Under the pieces are notes generated by a model that searched no databases, was not told the DNA's origin, and worked only from the letters and a program-made list of their open reading frames with translations. This document shows positions 11,112 through 23,837 of a stretch of 64,000 bases of DNA, piece by piece. A program made the position numbers and the translations under genes. The first letter of the stretch is position 1. Each line of letters opens with the position of its first letter. This DNA comes from Phoronis australis (taxonomy: Eukaryota > Animalia > Phoronida): the NCBI GenBank assembly GCA_002633005.1, contig NMRA01000001.1:772448-836447 (forward strand), written 5' to 3'.

Positions 11112-14100
11112 TCAGGGGTTTCGTCTTTGCTCAATTATGGTGAAGTTGGTTGTTCCCTCGTCATAGATTTGACTGTGCGGGTGCTTGCTACCACATTCTC
11201 CATAACAGAGAGCTGGAAAAGAATTTGATAGTTGAAGAAGAAATATCTTTATGTGATGAATTTGAGTGTTCTCTGTGGAGAAATGTGACATATTATACAA
11301 ATTGTGGAGTTGTCAGCCAATTTATAACAACGAAATGTGAAAATCGTTCCATTGTGGGAAAATCGTCCCATTGCGGCAAAATCGAAGGCATCTACAGCGA
11401 AACTAATGTACAAAACTGACATAAAATAAATTAAGTTTTCGGCACAAAAAACGCGTAAAAGGATCAATGTTAGCGTTATCGAAAAGTTAAATTTTTCTTG
11501 GTTTCACCGCTCAAACTGTATCCTTTTTCGTCATATAAAGTGGTCTTATATTCGACTCTCGTTGACACTGTTCAATTTTTGGGAATCCCTGCAAACCCTA
11601 TAAGATTTTAACTGTGGCTCCAAAAGTATAGCTTATGGGCTTACATGTATATCCTAAAAATTGTTTGCGAAAATTCCATGGAAATCGGTTTGACTGTGGA
11701 AAGTGTCTTTGTGGACCACAGCAATCTAAAAGTAAAAGTATTTTTTACGTGACGTGGAGAACATTGATTAGTTACCCAGTTTGACTTTGTAGACTCCGGG
11801 GACCCACATTTCACAGGGCTGTTGCATAGGGTCGCAGTTCGGGTCTGGTCTGGCCTTGACTGAGATTTTAGAACCGTATGACGATGGAGGTTGTTGTCCA
11901 AGAATGAACCCGCTCTCTGTAACGAGGACATGGAGTTTAAACAGGCCCTTGGAGATGTTCGAGTTATTGCTCTTATTACCTCCAATGGCTTATTGAGCGC
12001 TTAATAAACATTGTGCGCTTCACACGAAATACAAAGTTAAAGCAACATGTTCCAAGAAATAAGGCAACGAACTCTTCGATGCCTCGGTTGATAGTTCTTC
12101 AAGTGTCCCTGTAAAAATACTTTTAATACTAGTTGTTGATTCAGCAAAAACGTCCGTGGTCATCATATTGTGTACCCATAAGCAATTTTCGGATGTTTGT
12201 AATCAAATCAGATGCGATGTTTTTATTGGAAGATTCCCGTTGCTACCACAGATGCGATTTGTTAAAGTTTAAAGAGCTTTGTGTTGAACTCGTGATTTTG
12301 TTTATTCTTTTGGCTTGTGAATGATACTTACCTACTGGTATTCCGTCCACGGTTTCAATTTCCAAAACCATTTCTCCTATGCCCGTGCCATTTTTAGACG
12401 TGTATTGTACCTCTACCACAAATGTCCCTGTTGAAAGAAATTATGAACATTGCTGAGGCGTCTTCATTCGCATGCATTACCAGCTCGTTGTGTACTCTAA
12501 CTGTCCCTTTTTAGTCGCAAATAGACTGGGAACGGTGAAATCCTAGTCTCACCATTTTCGGGAAAAATATACCCATTTTCAATTGCCTTCGACATTGTTG
12601 TGAGTGCTCACAATTTTTCAAATGATCATGTGTTGTAGATTCGACCGGTTCAAATCTACAAAAATTTGTCCTTTGGCTACTCATCTTGACCGAAAAGTGC
12701 AAAAAAGATTTTACTCAATCCCCCAGTGTGGCGACAAGATTTTGCCTTGCATAGGATGTTCCGGTATGTAGATCAATTTTGCTCAAACAATTCAACACAA
12801 AATGGTACAACTGGTTCGTTTGGGGAAATACTCAATATGAACGTGTAGCCAAACGTTGCTCAGTGGTAAGGGTTGGGCACTGAGAGATAAACTTCACTAG
12901 GTAAGTAAACGTACAATAGGTAGATATTTAAGTTCAGACACCCATCGCTAACTAGGGACCGCCGGGTTCTAATCTTTTTACTGGAAATGGAACTCGAAAT
13001 CCTGTTTGGTATTTTCTACTCCACTTTTGTACCAACTCAAGATCAGTGTCTATTATTCTATGCTGGATTACTTAATGACTTACCTGGATAATTTTTAGTC
13101 CTAGTTTGCTGTTGATAAGCTTAACATTAAGGTTAAAACTGAGTTCGAGTTTTTACTCGAGTTTGCACAGATATAAGAGTTATCAAGTGCAAACTTGGAC
13201 TAGAAATTCATATGCGTAAACTACAATGTACAGTGTATTCTACCACGGTCTAATAACCACATATCTCGAGTTCGCACACAAGAAACAGAGAAATTGCCAA
13301 AAATAATTTCGAGTTCGTTGCGAGTACGAAGATCAGATTCCAGGCCCAGCCTCCCGTTCAGTAACGCTGGGACCTCGCTAAAAAGCAAGACGTCGCGAAA
13401 TTACGCGAGATACTGCTGTGTTTTTTAAATAAAAACACGTGACTTTGGCTAGATTTTAGCTAGGTACTAGCGAAGGTCCCAGCGCTACTGAATGCACGCC
13501 AGCTCTCCTTCAGCGACTGGGACCGCATAGGCCCGTGTCTGCTTTTACATTGCTAGGTTAGTCTCACTAATTACATATTAATCGCCTACGTACGTAAATT
13601 ATGCACATACTTTCTCAGAAGACACAAAATCATGCCTGATTTATTAGAAAATGGGATTACGTTGAAAAGAATCTCATAACTAATAGACTTTGAGACCAAC
13701 TTTTGGTGAATGAACTTATTTGTTTGATACAGGAAAAATTGCATTTTTCGTGGTTGGTTAGAGAAATTTATCCTGCAGCCAAAGCTGTTCGTCGCCTGTA
13801 TAGAAATACTCAGACACATTGTTCGCGCTGAACGCCAAATATATTTTGATCGCCGGCAAAGTTTTCGCTCTTGAGTTATTTTGATTGCCGACTTAGTGTG
13901 CGTTATATTCTTCAGACTGTACCTTGAGGTCCTTGAGACGGAGTGACCGTCAGACTTGTAATTTTCGCATCACCTCCGTCAAACACCTGGCAGACTTTGA
14001 TGAGTTCACAGAAGTAAAAGGGATCCAGGTCGGCCCTGAAATTACAGTGAAATGAGCCGTGCTTATCTCTTTCGCAGGAAAAGTCGTATTAATGAACATC

Positions 14101-17100
14101 AGCTTTCGACAGTGAAATATTAATTTGCAGAACGATTAAAAATGTGACTAATTTTGCCAAAAATAACCACTTTATTCTTGTCACAGTTGCATGGGGATTT
14201 TGTTTTATAAATTTCTGAACACAATTCAATATTTAGCAACATGTTCAACTTGTGCACCACGACGGTCTCCGAACAACGATCGGGGCCTTCGTTACAGCAA
14301 CCGAGGATTTGAATTGAATATCTCAGTAAATTAGCATTATGAAGTAACGCGTCATTGCTCCAATAAATCCCTAGAGTAACCCCATTTTCACTAAAAACGC
14401 ATTTTTTTATTGCGGAATACGCCCCCTATACACACATAGGCCTATCCCCTCAAGACGACAAACAAAATGGAACCGATTGAAAACGTATTTCGTCGCATTA
14501 GCGTTTTCATGTTGGCGAAAACCTTTTTGAGCAAAGAAGAATTCGCGTTTTCAAAATAAAAACGCAATTGACTTTATGTGAAGTTTCCTTGTATTAGAAT
14601 ATCCGTGCACACCTGTTCTACTTTTTAACCTGCAACACAAGTCCCTGATATCACTAAAATTAAAAGTTGAGAGTTTTAGGTTTACATTTAAACCTGGTTA
14701 AAGCTCAGTGAAGTTAACAGCAGGTTAATTACACAAGTCACGTGCAAATCAGACTTACGAAAAAAAAAATTTGCAAGCTCTTTAGCGAAACCATAGTTCT
14801 ATGGCTAAGCAGGCCACTGTATGGGAAACAAGTTGAGTGAAACCAACGAGCAATGATTACTACTGTTCACACTTTTGACTTTCATATTGAGCTACAATTT
14901 CAAAAGTATAAAAAATAGATGAAACTTTAATATCTAGCCTGTGCTCCGGTCCAGTGACGTTTTGGTGCATGCGCCCGTATTGCGAAAAATTTGAGCAAAA
15001 CAATCTATTGAAAGAGTGTATTATTTCGAGCATAGACTTATAGGTCTAAGTTTACGCGTAGTGAATATAAGGGGTAAGTCGTTTGTGTGAATTGCCTCAG
15101 CACATGCTTACTTTTCAATGAGTTTGACAAATTCCTGTACTCCCACGTAATCACAGAGAAAGTTACAAACCACTCCCAGCGCGGCGCTTCCCGTCTTGTT
15201 CTGTAGAAGGCCACACAACTGGCCACAAGTTCCCACGACACCAATTTCTATTAATAATTAAAGAAGACAAAAGAAAATGTATTCAATCGGCATAGATAAT
15301 CGTGCGCGTATAGGCAAGAATCTCGCAAAAACAAAAGTACACGCAAGACCTCACCAGGTATTGCCATGTACTACAAGCGAATCACGTGATCGCACTAGCT
15401 TTAGCGAGATTCCGTCTACAAAACTCTACTCAGGGATGTACATTCTTAGTCCAAGCTGATTCGAATTAATATCCGGCTACATGTTTGTGCATAACTCGAT
15501 TTTAAACAATAAACTTATCAACCGAATTTATTTCAACGTTCCAAAATTCATTACGCGATTACAGAAATATAGCCGGAGAATCATTCGAATGTTTTTGTTT
15601 CGACATTCAAATAAACTTTATTTAAAACTCTTGCAGTTGCAACTAACGACGTGTCGCTGTAAGTCTTGATGGCGTTACCAAAGAAACTGTGTGTATGAAA
15701 TGTTCAACAAGTCAAACTTGAGGTTTCCAAGTTCTGTATTCCCAAGTAAGTTCGGGAAAGAATTGTATTTTCCTGGTCGTATTTCTAAGTTGTATTTAAA
15801 GAATTTAGAACGATTTCAGTTGACGCATGGCATGGGCATATCTATGACTTGGAGTACTTTTTAACATTGAATAATATGCATTGTAGAAGGACGGATGAAA
15901 GCTTAATTTTCGGTGAAAGAAAGTCGCGCACGGGCCGTTTTAACTCCCTCTCTCCTCTCCCCTTTGCTTTGCCAAAATGACTTTTTTGTGACCGAACAGC
16001 GTGTTAACTTATTTTTCAGTCACATCTAGGTCTAACTCAACAAAGTAAAAACAACGCATCCCGATTCAAACCTAACAATTCGGGGCCAAGTTCCCCGATA
16101 GCAATTAACTGTAAAGATTATACTCACGAAGAATGATGTTAAGCAGGTTATTGATAGCCTGGTCGGTGAACTGTATGCATGTCGGGCAAAGATCAAGATC
16201 AGTTTTGAAACCTCGGGGGGACTCCTCTCTGATCAACTTTATGGAATTTCTTGATCCGTATCTTATTTTATTTCGTGCCGAAAGTTCTTGAAGTCGGATG
16301 GCGGGTACGGCAATACATTCACATAGCAACATGCACGCTATCACAGAAATAAATGCCTGAAATGTACAAGAGTGAAAAAAAAATCGTTGATTTTGATGTG
16401 ATTTTGCTATATTTTGCCAACTAATTTAAAAGTGTTAAAATTACTATAGGCCTACGGAAAATCAACTGAAGTATCTCAGGTATTTTCTGAAATTTAAGCC
16501 AATGAGTTATTAATTAAATATCGATTTTACGACTATCGTTAAAACAAAATAGTACGATACAATAGCAAAAATGTTGACAGTCAAATTTCGTTCCGTTTAG
16601 TTAGAGTGCATGAACTCTCTACTGGACTAGGCTCGTACATTTCGAAGTGACTCGGCCAGTACCATTCCGGTTGGCTTTAGTACTGGAACACTTTCGCAGT
16701 TATTCATGTCAATTTTTCCAAGTTCCAACGCAGTGGTGGATTTAGAGGGGGACCAACTTGAGGGGGCCATACCCTCCCCCCCTAAAATTCTACCAGATAC
16801 CAACCAGGGGGTGACTAACTTGTGACAAATGCATAGGCCCTGAACAAATACCGTTTACTGTTTTTAGTCAAAAAGTCCGCAAACACAGAAAATCGAGACC
16901 CTGCACCCCCACATTTTAGGCTGGGTGCGCGTATCTATCGAAATTCTGGTTATTCCTGTGCCCAGTGCCCCCCCCCCCCNNNNNNNNNNNNNNNNNNNCT
17001 CAAATTCCTGGATCCGCCCCTGCAACGAGTCCTTTTTCTGTAACAGTTAACATAAAACAAAAATATTTACTCACGCAAAAGACCATTTTTAATACTTTAC

Positions 17101-17106
17101 CTTCAT
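11112..17106 (-). CDS. Countin-like secreted/lysosomal saposin-B domain protein, 273 aa
   Basis: Exons 17106-17101, 16356-16128, 15247-15112, 14035-13923, 12427-12332, 11916-11776, 11212-11112 join in frame (822 nt). Signal peptide MKAFISVIACMLLCECIA; saposin-like DLCPTCIQF..LLNIIL..GVVGTCGQLC..VCNFLCDYVGVQEFVKLIEKADLDPFYFCELIKVC; C-terminal beta domain ending CYGECGSKHPHSQIYD. These are the motifs I recall for countin-1-like proteins. Confidence 0.88.
12955..13346. mobile_element. Foldback MITE-like element, family A copy 2
   Basis: Inverted homology to ~600-1050 and direct homology to ~31505-31855. Ends gggttctaatcttt... / ...gaagatcagattccaggccc. Confidence 0.6.
13347..13502. mobile_element. 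MITE family B copy 1
   Basis: Inverted ends cagcctcccgttcagtaacgctgggacct / aggtcccagcgctactgaatgcacgccag. A closely similar copy lies at 59039-59195. Confidence 0.8.
15674..15687 (+). promoter_or_regulatory. RFX X-box-like motif, candidate distal promoter of the CCDC197-like gene
   Basis: GTTACCAAAGAAAC resembles GTYRCC-NN-RGYAAC and is followed by a plus-strand donor CAA|GTAAGT at 15746. Confidence 0.35.
16731..17022. mobile_element. GC-rich MITE (CAGGGGCGGATCCAGG-type ends), family C; spans a small N gap
   Basis: Ends cagtggtggatttagaggggg / cctggatccgcccctg. Related pieces at ~22228-22364, ~30445-30480 and ~50225-50245. Confidence 0.6.
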
Positions 17107-17519
17107 GTTCGCGTTTTTCCCTTCACTACTATTCCAATCTCAACGTTAACTGCATGTGTACCGTTACACCCGGCGAATTTGCTTCGTTTAGGACGGACAA
17201 CTTGGCCTATTGATCACGTGATTGGTCACGTTATATACAAACTTAAATACTTTTTCAAAAAGCATTACAATCTCTCTAAAAGTTTGAGTGAAATATTTTA
17301 ATATGTTTTGAAAATTATTTGTTGTTCATGTTGTACAATTACATCATTCTAATTTCTTATTAATTTACTGCGTTAGTTCTTAGTAATTTTTAATTTGGGT
17401 CATCATTATCACCAAGGAAGTTGTTGATTTCCTCCGTTGATTTCTCGCTCAGAGCATGGACTTTTGACTTAAAAAGGTTTACATCGATCGTTTATACTTA
17501 ATTTTTGAAGTTGAAAAAG
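17107..17519. promoter_or_regulatory. Divergent promoter region, countin-like / CCDC197-like, with CLEAR-type E-box
   Basis: ATGs 414 bp apart. TCACGTGA at 17214-17221 overlaps a reverse CCAAT box and is followed by GGTCACG. Confidence 0.55.
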
Positions 17520-20500
17520 ATGGTTTCAAGGTCTTACAAGCTCGAGCTAGATCCCCCGAAGAGAAACATCTTCGTAACGCAGCTGCAGGAAAGGTGATGA
17601 CTTTACGAATTGTGTTTACAGAGCTCAGTTCTGACTTAGTTTGTAAATTTTATGACGTCTGCCTTATCCTCAAACAAATTGAGGATTGTAACTGTTCTCC
17701 CATTGCTTGAATGTTTCGTTACCGCGCTTAACCCTAATAATAGTAACCCAACAATATCTAATATGAAAGGACAACCATGTGATAATTGTAGCGCAGAAAT
17801 TGTTTTACTATTGAAGAAACAAAACCTTGTACTTGACGCATGCACTGTCCAAGCTCAGGTATTATGTCATGATTGTGACATCAATTCAATTCAGTCTCTG
17901 TCCCATTGCGGGCATATTTTTACACTAAAAAATTTTGCGATTCAAAATACAAGGCAAATATAGGGACATTGAACAGTCTCACCCAATGCATGAAGCTGCA
18001 TTGGTTTCTTTGATTTTGTGCAGTCTCAACACCTTTTGTTTTCTGATGTGAAAGTGGAGACAATATCATGCTGAGTGTTGAATTCCTCCTGGGTTTGTTT
18101 GGCTCATGTTACAAACCGACCTTGCCTGCTTTTACTGCAACATCATTTCTACTTATTTCATGTAATTCATCATTAGGTGAGCCTATCTTTATTATAAAAC
18201 ATATCCATAATTTATTTTGAAGCATCAGTACTGGCCCATAAATAATAAAGTTGCACCTTGTGCTAGCTTTAAGTCCACATCCTCTAGCACATTGTACATT
18301 ACATAAGATGACTACCCCTGCATCAGGTAGTACGTGAATGAAAAAAAATTGCACCAAACATTAAAATGAACAAAAATGAGTAAAAACGTACATATTTAGA
18401 AGCAAACTTAGAAGAGATAAATAACTGACAAGCCTTTGTCATGTTGGCATAGTGCATTGAATATGGCTAATTAGTTATATTTATTCATATCATAACAATG
18501 TTGCATTGTTTCTGTGGTTGCAGAGATGAAGAAGTGGAGGATACCATCCCCTACCCTGTGGTGAGGGAGAATGCTGGCAAGCTGATTGAAACAGGCATAA
18601 ACACGCTGCAGAAAACACTGCTACTGAAGAAAGAAGTCGAAGTGGACATTGTCAATCGAGAGCTGGTGGATAAAAGGGCAGAGTTCAAACGACGAATGGA
18701 AGCATGCGCTGAGAAGCAAATTGAAGTGCAGAAGAAACAGCAGAAGGTAGAGTGAGATTAAGTTTTCATCGTTTCTTGATATCACTGGGCGTTTTTTGCA
18801 AAGCAGACCCAAGTGCAGGGATATTCCTGGACTGCACCTTTGCGCCATTAGCGCGTAAAAAATAAAAAGGCGCAAGTATATTGCGACAGTGCGCTCCTGT
18901 ACGCATCTTTTAAAACGCAACACTCTTCCAAAATGCAAGATGTTAGTCACCTTACAGCCAATCGGGTAAAACATGACTGTTCTTATTTCGATTGCCAGGG
19001 TTTCTGTTTCATACGTTACCACTTTAATTGCACTTAGTCTGCTGGGCACAACTTTTTGAAAAAGAGACACTTTATCATCAGGTGCACCCAAAGGCATAAG
19101 CTCAAAGCTGGTCAGGAATATCCTTGCAAGTGATTCTGAATCAATGTCAAGCGTTGGTGGGTTGAAGCTCTGTACAACGATCAGCTAGTTGTGGCATGTA
19201 TCATGTAGATAGCCTAAATGAAGAATATGTCTTGGTACTTGTCACTTTCTGAGATCCCACATTTTGAGAACCAGTTTTCTCCCCTGAATAACAGGCATTA
19301 AATTGCTTCTGAGTATCCAGGACCCATGTTAGAGAATATTGCCAATTTTGCATTGTATTGTGTTTGACAGTACCTGAAATTGGTATTTTTGGCACTCGTG
19401 TAGCTCATCAGGGCCTGAGACCTGAAAACTTTCCTTGAGACTTTTAAGTTTTTAGTCTCAGGCGTTGGTCTGGTTTTGCCAAGACAAAATACTTCTCTTC
19501 AAATCTGTTGGCAGCAATTTATTTGACTGGAAAGATGTTCAGGGTTCACAATACAAAATAAATTTGGAACCTGTATAGAAGGATACACATAGCCATGGTT
19601 TGTATCTTCAGCTTCAATCAAAATAAGCATCTGCTTTCTTTCCCAACAGATGAAAGACCAGGTCTCCAAGTTTGAAAAGTTTATACAAGAAAACGAAGGC
19701 AAACGACGACGTGCTATTCAGAAGTATCAACAGGAAGTGAAGTTGCGGCACCAGAAGAACCAAGAACTCGATGATCTAGAGAGAGATTTAGCACAACTGC
19801 GTCGAAGGCATAGATATTTAGAAAATCTTCTACATCAGTACAAGAAGTTTGAAGAGTACCTGATGAGAGTTGTAGACAATTTACCTGAAAGTAAGTGTAT
19901 ACAGTACAATTCAGTACAGACCTGTATAGTGCAAGGCTATTGTTTGTAGTCCAACTTCAACATTTTTGTTCTTTTGGTTCATGTGTTTTCTAAGTCTCTT
20001 CTTGACCCTGTCTTGTATCCAGTTCACATGTTGACCTGTTTTTACCAGTGGTATGGAGTCCATTCTTACCACACAACTGTTTGGGGCACCTTTGGTAAAC
20101 ATTTTGAAAGGGCTTCATCTGAGTTACCACAAAACTTTAACCTGTTGCTTGAAACAGGAACATTTCGTCAGTTGATTTCATTTCTAGTCTCTGCATGGCT
20201 TGTCAAAATGAGCTTAAAAACTTCTGTGACATATTCATTGCTCTTACTGAATATCATTTCCAATTTTCTTCAGCTCATTTGGAAAGGACACTTTGGGTAA
20301 TCCTGTTATTCTTTTTCTGTTCTATTCATATTGTTATTTTGTTAAATCGAGACCAAAATAAAATTACTAATTATTGTGTTATATACATTATAATATAAGT
20401 ATTAAATTTCTATTTTATATTCACTTTAGACTTTAATGTTTAAAGAAGAATCCTGGTCTGTCAGTTATTGTTACTCCAAGTGAGCATTGGAATGTATCAC

Positions 20501-22889
20501 CTTGTCTTAACCAATCCCTACTTTCACATTTAGTAGCCATAATAGTCTGTTTACAAATTTGAAATTAATAACATGCTGAAGACTGATATTATATAGCTTA
20601 CAATGAACTAAATGCATTTCTGTTCACTGGCTGCAGAAAACTAATGAGCATAGTATTTCCTGATGGCATAGAAATGAACATGATATTTCCAGATTTCATT
20701 AAATGAACATTATATTTCCAGATTACATAGAAATGCAAGACACTATGATCAACAGCCTCATGTTACGGCACAACACGCTCTTTACAACCAATCAGGGCTT
20801 AGTTGCAGACTTGACAGTTCGGTCTGATGAGGTGAGTTTTTGTTGAGGCCCACAAAGTCTATGTTTAAGAACATAGAAACACTTTAAGAACAAACAGTTT
20901 TTACCAGATCACAGATCAAGTTGTGCTTGAGCACTGGTGCTTTCTTAAGCAGACACAAGCTAGTCGTATAGATTACATTACGATTGGCAAACTATGGATA
21001 TGATTTGGTTCTCTAGGAAGGGTTATAGGTTTTGATTTGCTTGGTTTTGTATAGTTTAACTAAAATGTATTGTCAGATAGGCTTTAATGGAATTTTAAAG
21101 ACATTGTGAGTGGACAAATGACAAATGGATTAGATAAACAGGAATGATCCAGGTGCTATGGCTATAAATAAGTGGAATTCAATTTGAACAGTTGAAAAAC
21201 AGCAGCAAGATCCAGCCAATAGGCTCACGAATGCTGACAAGGAACATACGCGCATTAATTCTGTGCAACGTCCAAGTTCTTCAAAGCGAAAGAAAAATGT
21301 GTGCATACACACTCACACTCCACCTCTTGGATGTCTACTATTTACTGACTGCAAGCTAATTTAATTTCAGCTGGAGGCCTACAGACAGAAGTACGAGACG
21401 ATGATAGTGGAACATGACAAAATGAAAATGTCTATCAATAGCACCCTTGCCAATCTGCAGAAAGAGTTGGAACGAAAAATGAACAAAAATGAACGGTTAG
21501 AACAGATTATCAACAGAGACAAAGCCGAGCTTCGAGAACTGGTCAGTAAATTGAGTATGCCAAGTGTTTGAACAAATTCAGCTTTATATTTTAATTGGTG
21601 AGGTGTGACAACATACTAAGTTTGTATTGGGCTCATACTGAATTGTTTTATGTTTGGAAATATTCTGGCAAATGAATGATTTGGTGTCCACAACTTGTGT
21701 TATCTGCCAATAGCTCCAGCATAATTCAAAACTTTGAAGTGAATTGAATACCTCTGTTGCCAAGATTTGCTGTTGTTTTGGTCAAATGTCTTTTAATATT
21801 ACGTGAATGTTAACAGCATTTTGTGTATTTAATTCCAGAAAGCATTGGTGGGAATGATTTTTATATCAATCAACAATATTGCTGAAAAATGTCGCCGTAT
21901 CTCAGACAAACCACTAGAAGATATGCTGCTTGAAGAAAAACTAGAAAAGATTAGGGTAAGTAATCAAGATATTAATTGCTTTAAAGCAAAACATTAAAAA
22001 ACCACCTTCTTGTTTTGCCACCCAAAATTGGGCTGGCCAATTAGCCTTTACGAAATTTGACGGCTCCGTTTCAGTTGCAGGTCTTCTCTCAATTCTACCT
22101 GTTCAAATTGATGCTGTTAAGGAATTTGTTTTCTAGTTTGATAGGCTTATTCATCATATTTCTTGATTTCACATTTAACCACTAAGTAGAGAGAACATGT
22201 AGCTTTAATTGGAAGACGACCGGGATCGGTGGCAGATTTAGAGGGGTCCCCCAAAAATTCTCCCAGATTCCATTTGCAGTTCGGAGGTGCGAATGTCTTA
22301 AGGGCAAAATCCTGGATACTCTGCCCTGCCCTCCCCCCAACTCAAAATCCTGGATTCGGCCCTTGTGGATGTATGGGTAACAGTAGGATATAATGTGCCT
22401 GCATTTTGAGAACCACTTTTCTCCTATTGAACAACGGGCATCAAACTGGTTCTCAAAATGTGGGCACGTTATATTCGACTATTGCCGGCATATGTACACC
22501 TTTATTTGTAGAAAACTTAGTCATTTTTTTTCAGTTATTATTGAACCCACAAACTGTGATAAAAGTGTAATTAAACTGTTGACAATACTCTAGAAACGAG
22601 ACGCAAATGACATATTAAAACAATTGTGCCATCCAGTCACGGGAACACTAGAAATTTGCAGTAATTACCCACGATGCTGCTAAATACGCCAGGCATCATG
22701 CTTTTGATGACTATTAGTAAAAACAACGTTTGTTGTATATTTCAGATTCATGTCTGCGAACAAATTGACATAGCTAACCTGGCTCAACCAAGAGATAGCT
22801 CTGCAGGTACTGGTGGCAAACGAAGTGCTGGTCGCAGGCGGACAAAAGTGAAAAATACCGGAAAAGTCGCTTTTGCTCAAGACTATTGA
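17520..22889 (+). CDS. CCDC197: CCDC197/CCDC42/CFAP73-family (DUF4200) coiled-coil protein, 359 aa
   Basis: Exons 17520-17593, 18524-18746, 19650-19890, 20722-20831, 21371-21541, 21839-21955, 22746-22889 in frame (1080 nt). Motifs RNIFVTQL, ETGINTLQKTLLLKK, KFEKFIQENEGKRRRA, YKKFEEYLMRVVDNLPE. Exact paralog assignment is tentative. Confidence 0.82.
18814..19128. mobile_element. MITE in CCDC197-like intron 2
   Basis: Inverted ends TGCAGGGATATTCCTG (18814-18829) and CAGGAATATCCTTGCA (19113-19128), one mismatch. Confidence 0.65.
20643..20730 (+). repeat. 29-30-bp tandem triplication spanning a splice acceptor
   Basis: Units aatgagcatagtatttcctgatggcatag / aaatgaacatgatatttccagatttcatt / aaatgaacattatatttccagattacatag. 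Confidence 0.8.
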
Positions 22890-23794
22890 AAAACAGTTGC
22901 TTCATTTTGCAAGACCACAGTCCAAGACAGTGGAACAGTTAGTCTTTTGAGACATGTGTTTATAACATCTTGACCAATTTTTCAAGAGGTATTGTGGATT
23001 GTCTGGAGTGAAAAACATCAAATCATGATACTAAGAAGTGCGTATTTTTTTAATCGTTCAAAACATCCAAGTACCACTCAGGTCTGAAGCAGCCATCATT
23101 TTATACGTCTTGTAACCAGGAAGCATCCATGATGTCACAGGCTACTGGACTGCAAGGGCTTCTATGTTTAGGATCTGCAAACCATTAGAAGTAATTTGTT
23201 GGCAGGACTTCATAGCAACCAGTTTTTGTAGGAAACGGAATGCCATATTGGAATGATGTAAAGGTGGATTTCAATCATACTGAAGAACCACGCAATGTCG
23301 GTGCTCTATTGTTTTAAACCAAAGTGCATGAAATGTGATACAGAAATAATGTATTACAGTGGAATGATGGTGTAAAATTAACATAACATCTGTAGACGTT
23401 CTCAATTTGTTGTTGGTAGATCTGATATTAATAAAACTACCAAGACATATATTTCTGTTCCAAAGCATTGGGTCGTTATTGAATATGTCATATAAGTGTG
23501 ACGAGGAATTTCAAATTCACAAGGTGGTGCGAGGGAAACTAAGATCCTACCGGCATAAACGTTTGCCCTAAGAACACGCGCGGTTTCAACTACTGGTATA
23601 AAGCATAAAAATGGTTTCAGGTGATCAGTGGAGTACGCCCACATGCACAGCTTGCAATTAATTATTTTTTCATAAGAAAACTCTCACTTGGGTGAACAGC
23701 TTTCTGTTCTCCATCAACTCCGACAAGCGCCACCTGGTGAATATTGCGTCCCATTAAACACGGTATACGCACATTACACTATACATCCAGTAGG

Positions 23795-23837
23795 AATAAA
23801 ACAATTGAATATTTAATATATAAACTTGCATTTTATT
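23795..23837. terminator. Back-to-back poly(A) signals (CCDC197-like on +, SAV1 on -)
   Basis: AATAAA at 23795-23800 (+) and TTTATT at 23832-23837 (AATAAA on -). Confidence 0.45.

Noticed and set aside
12020-12108. Extra minus-strand acceptor (TTTTTACAG|GGACA) in countin-like intron 5
   Set aside because: It leads to a stop after ~29 codons with no family motif; the conserved frame continues in exon 11916-11776.
18621-19097. 158-aa minus-strand ORF
   Set aside because: Antisense to CCDC197-like exon 2 plus a MITE; no coding hallmarks.
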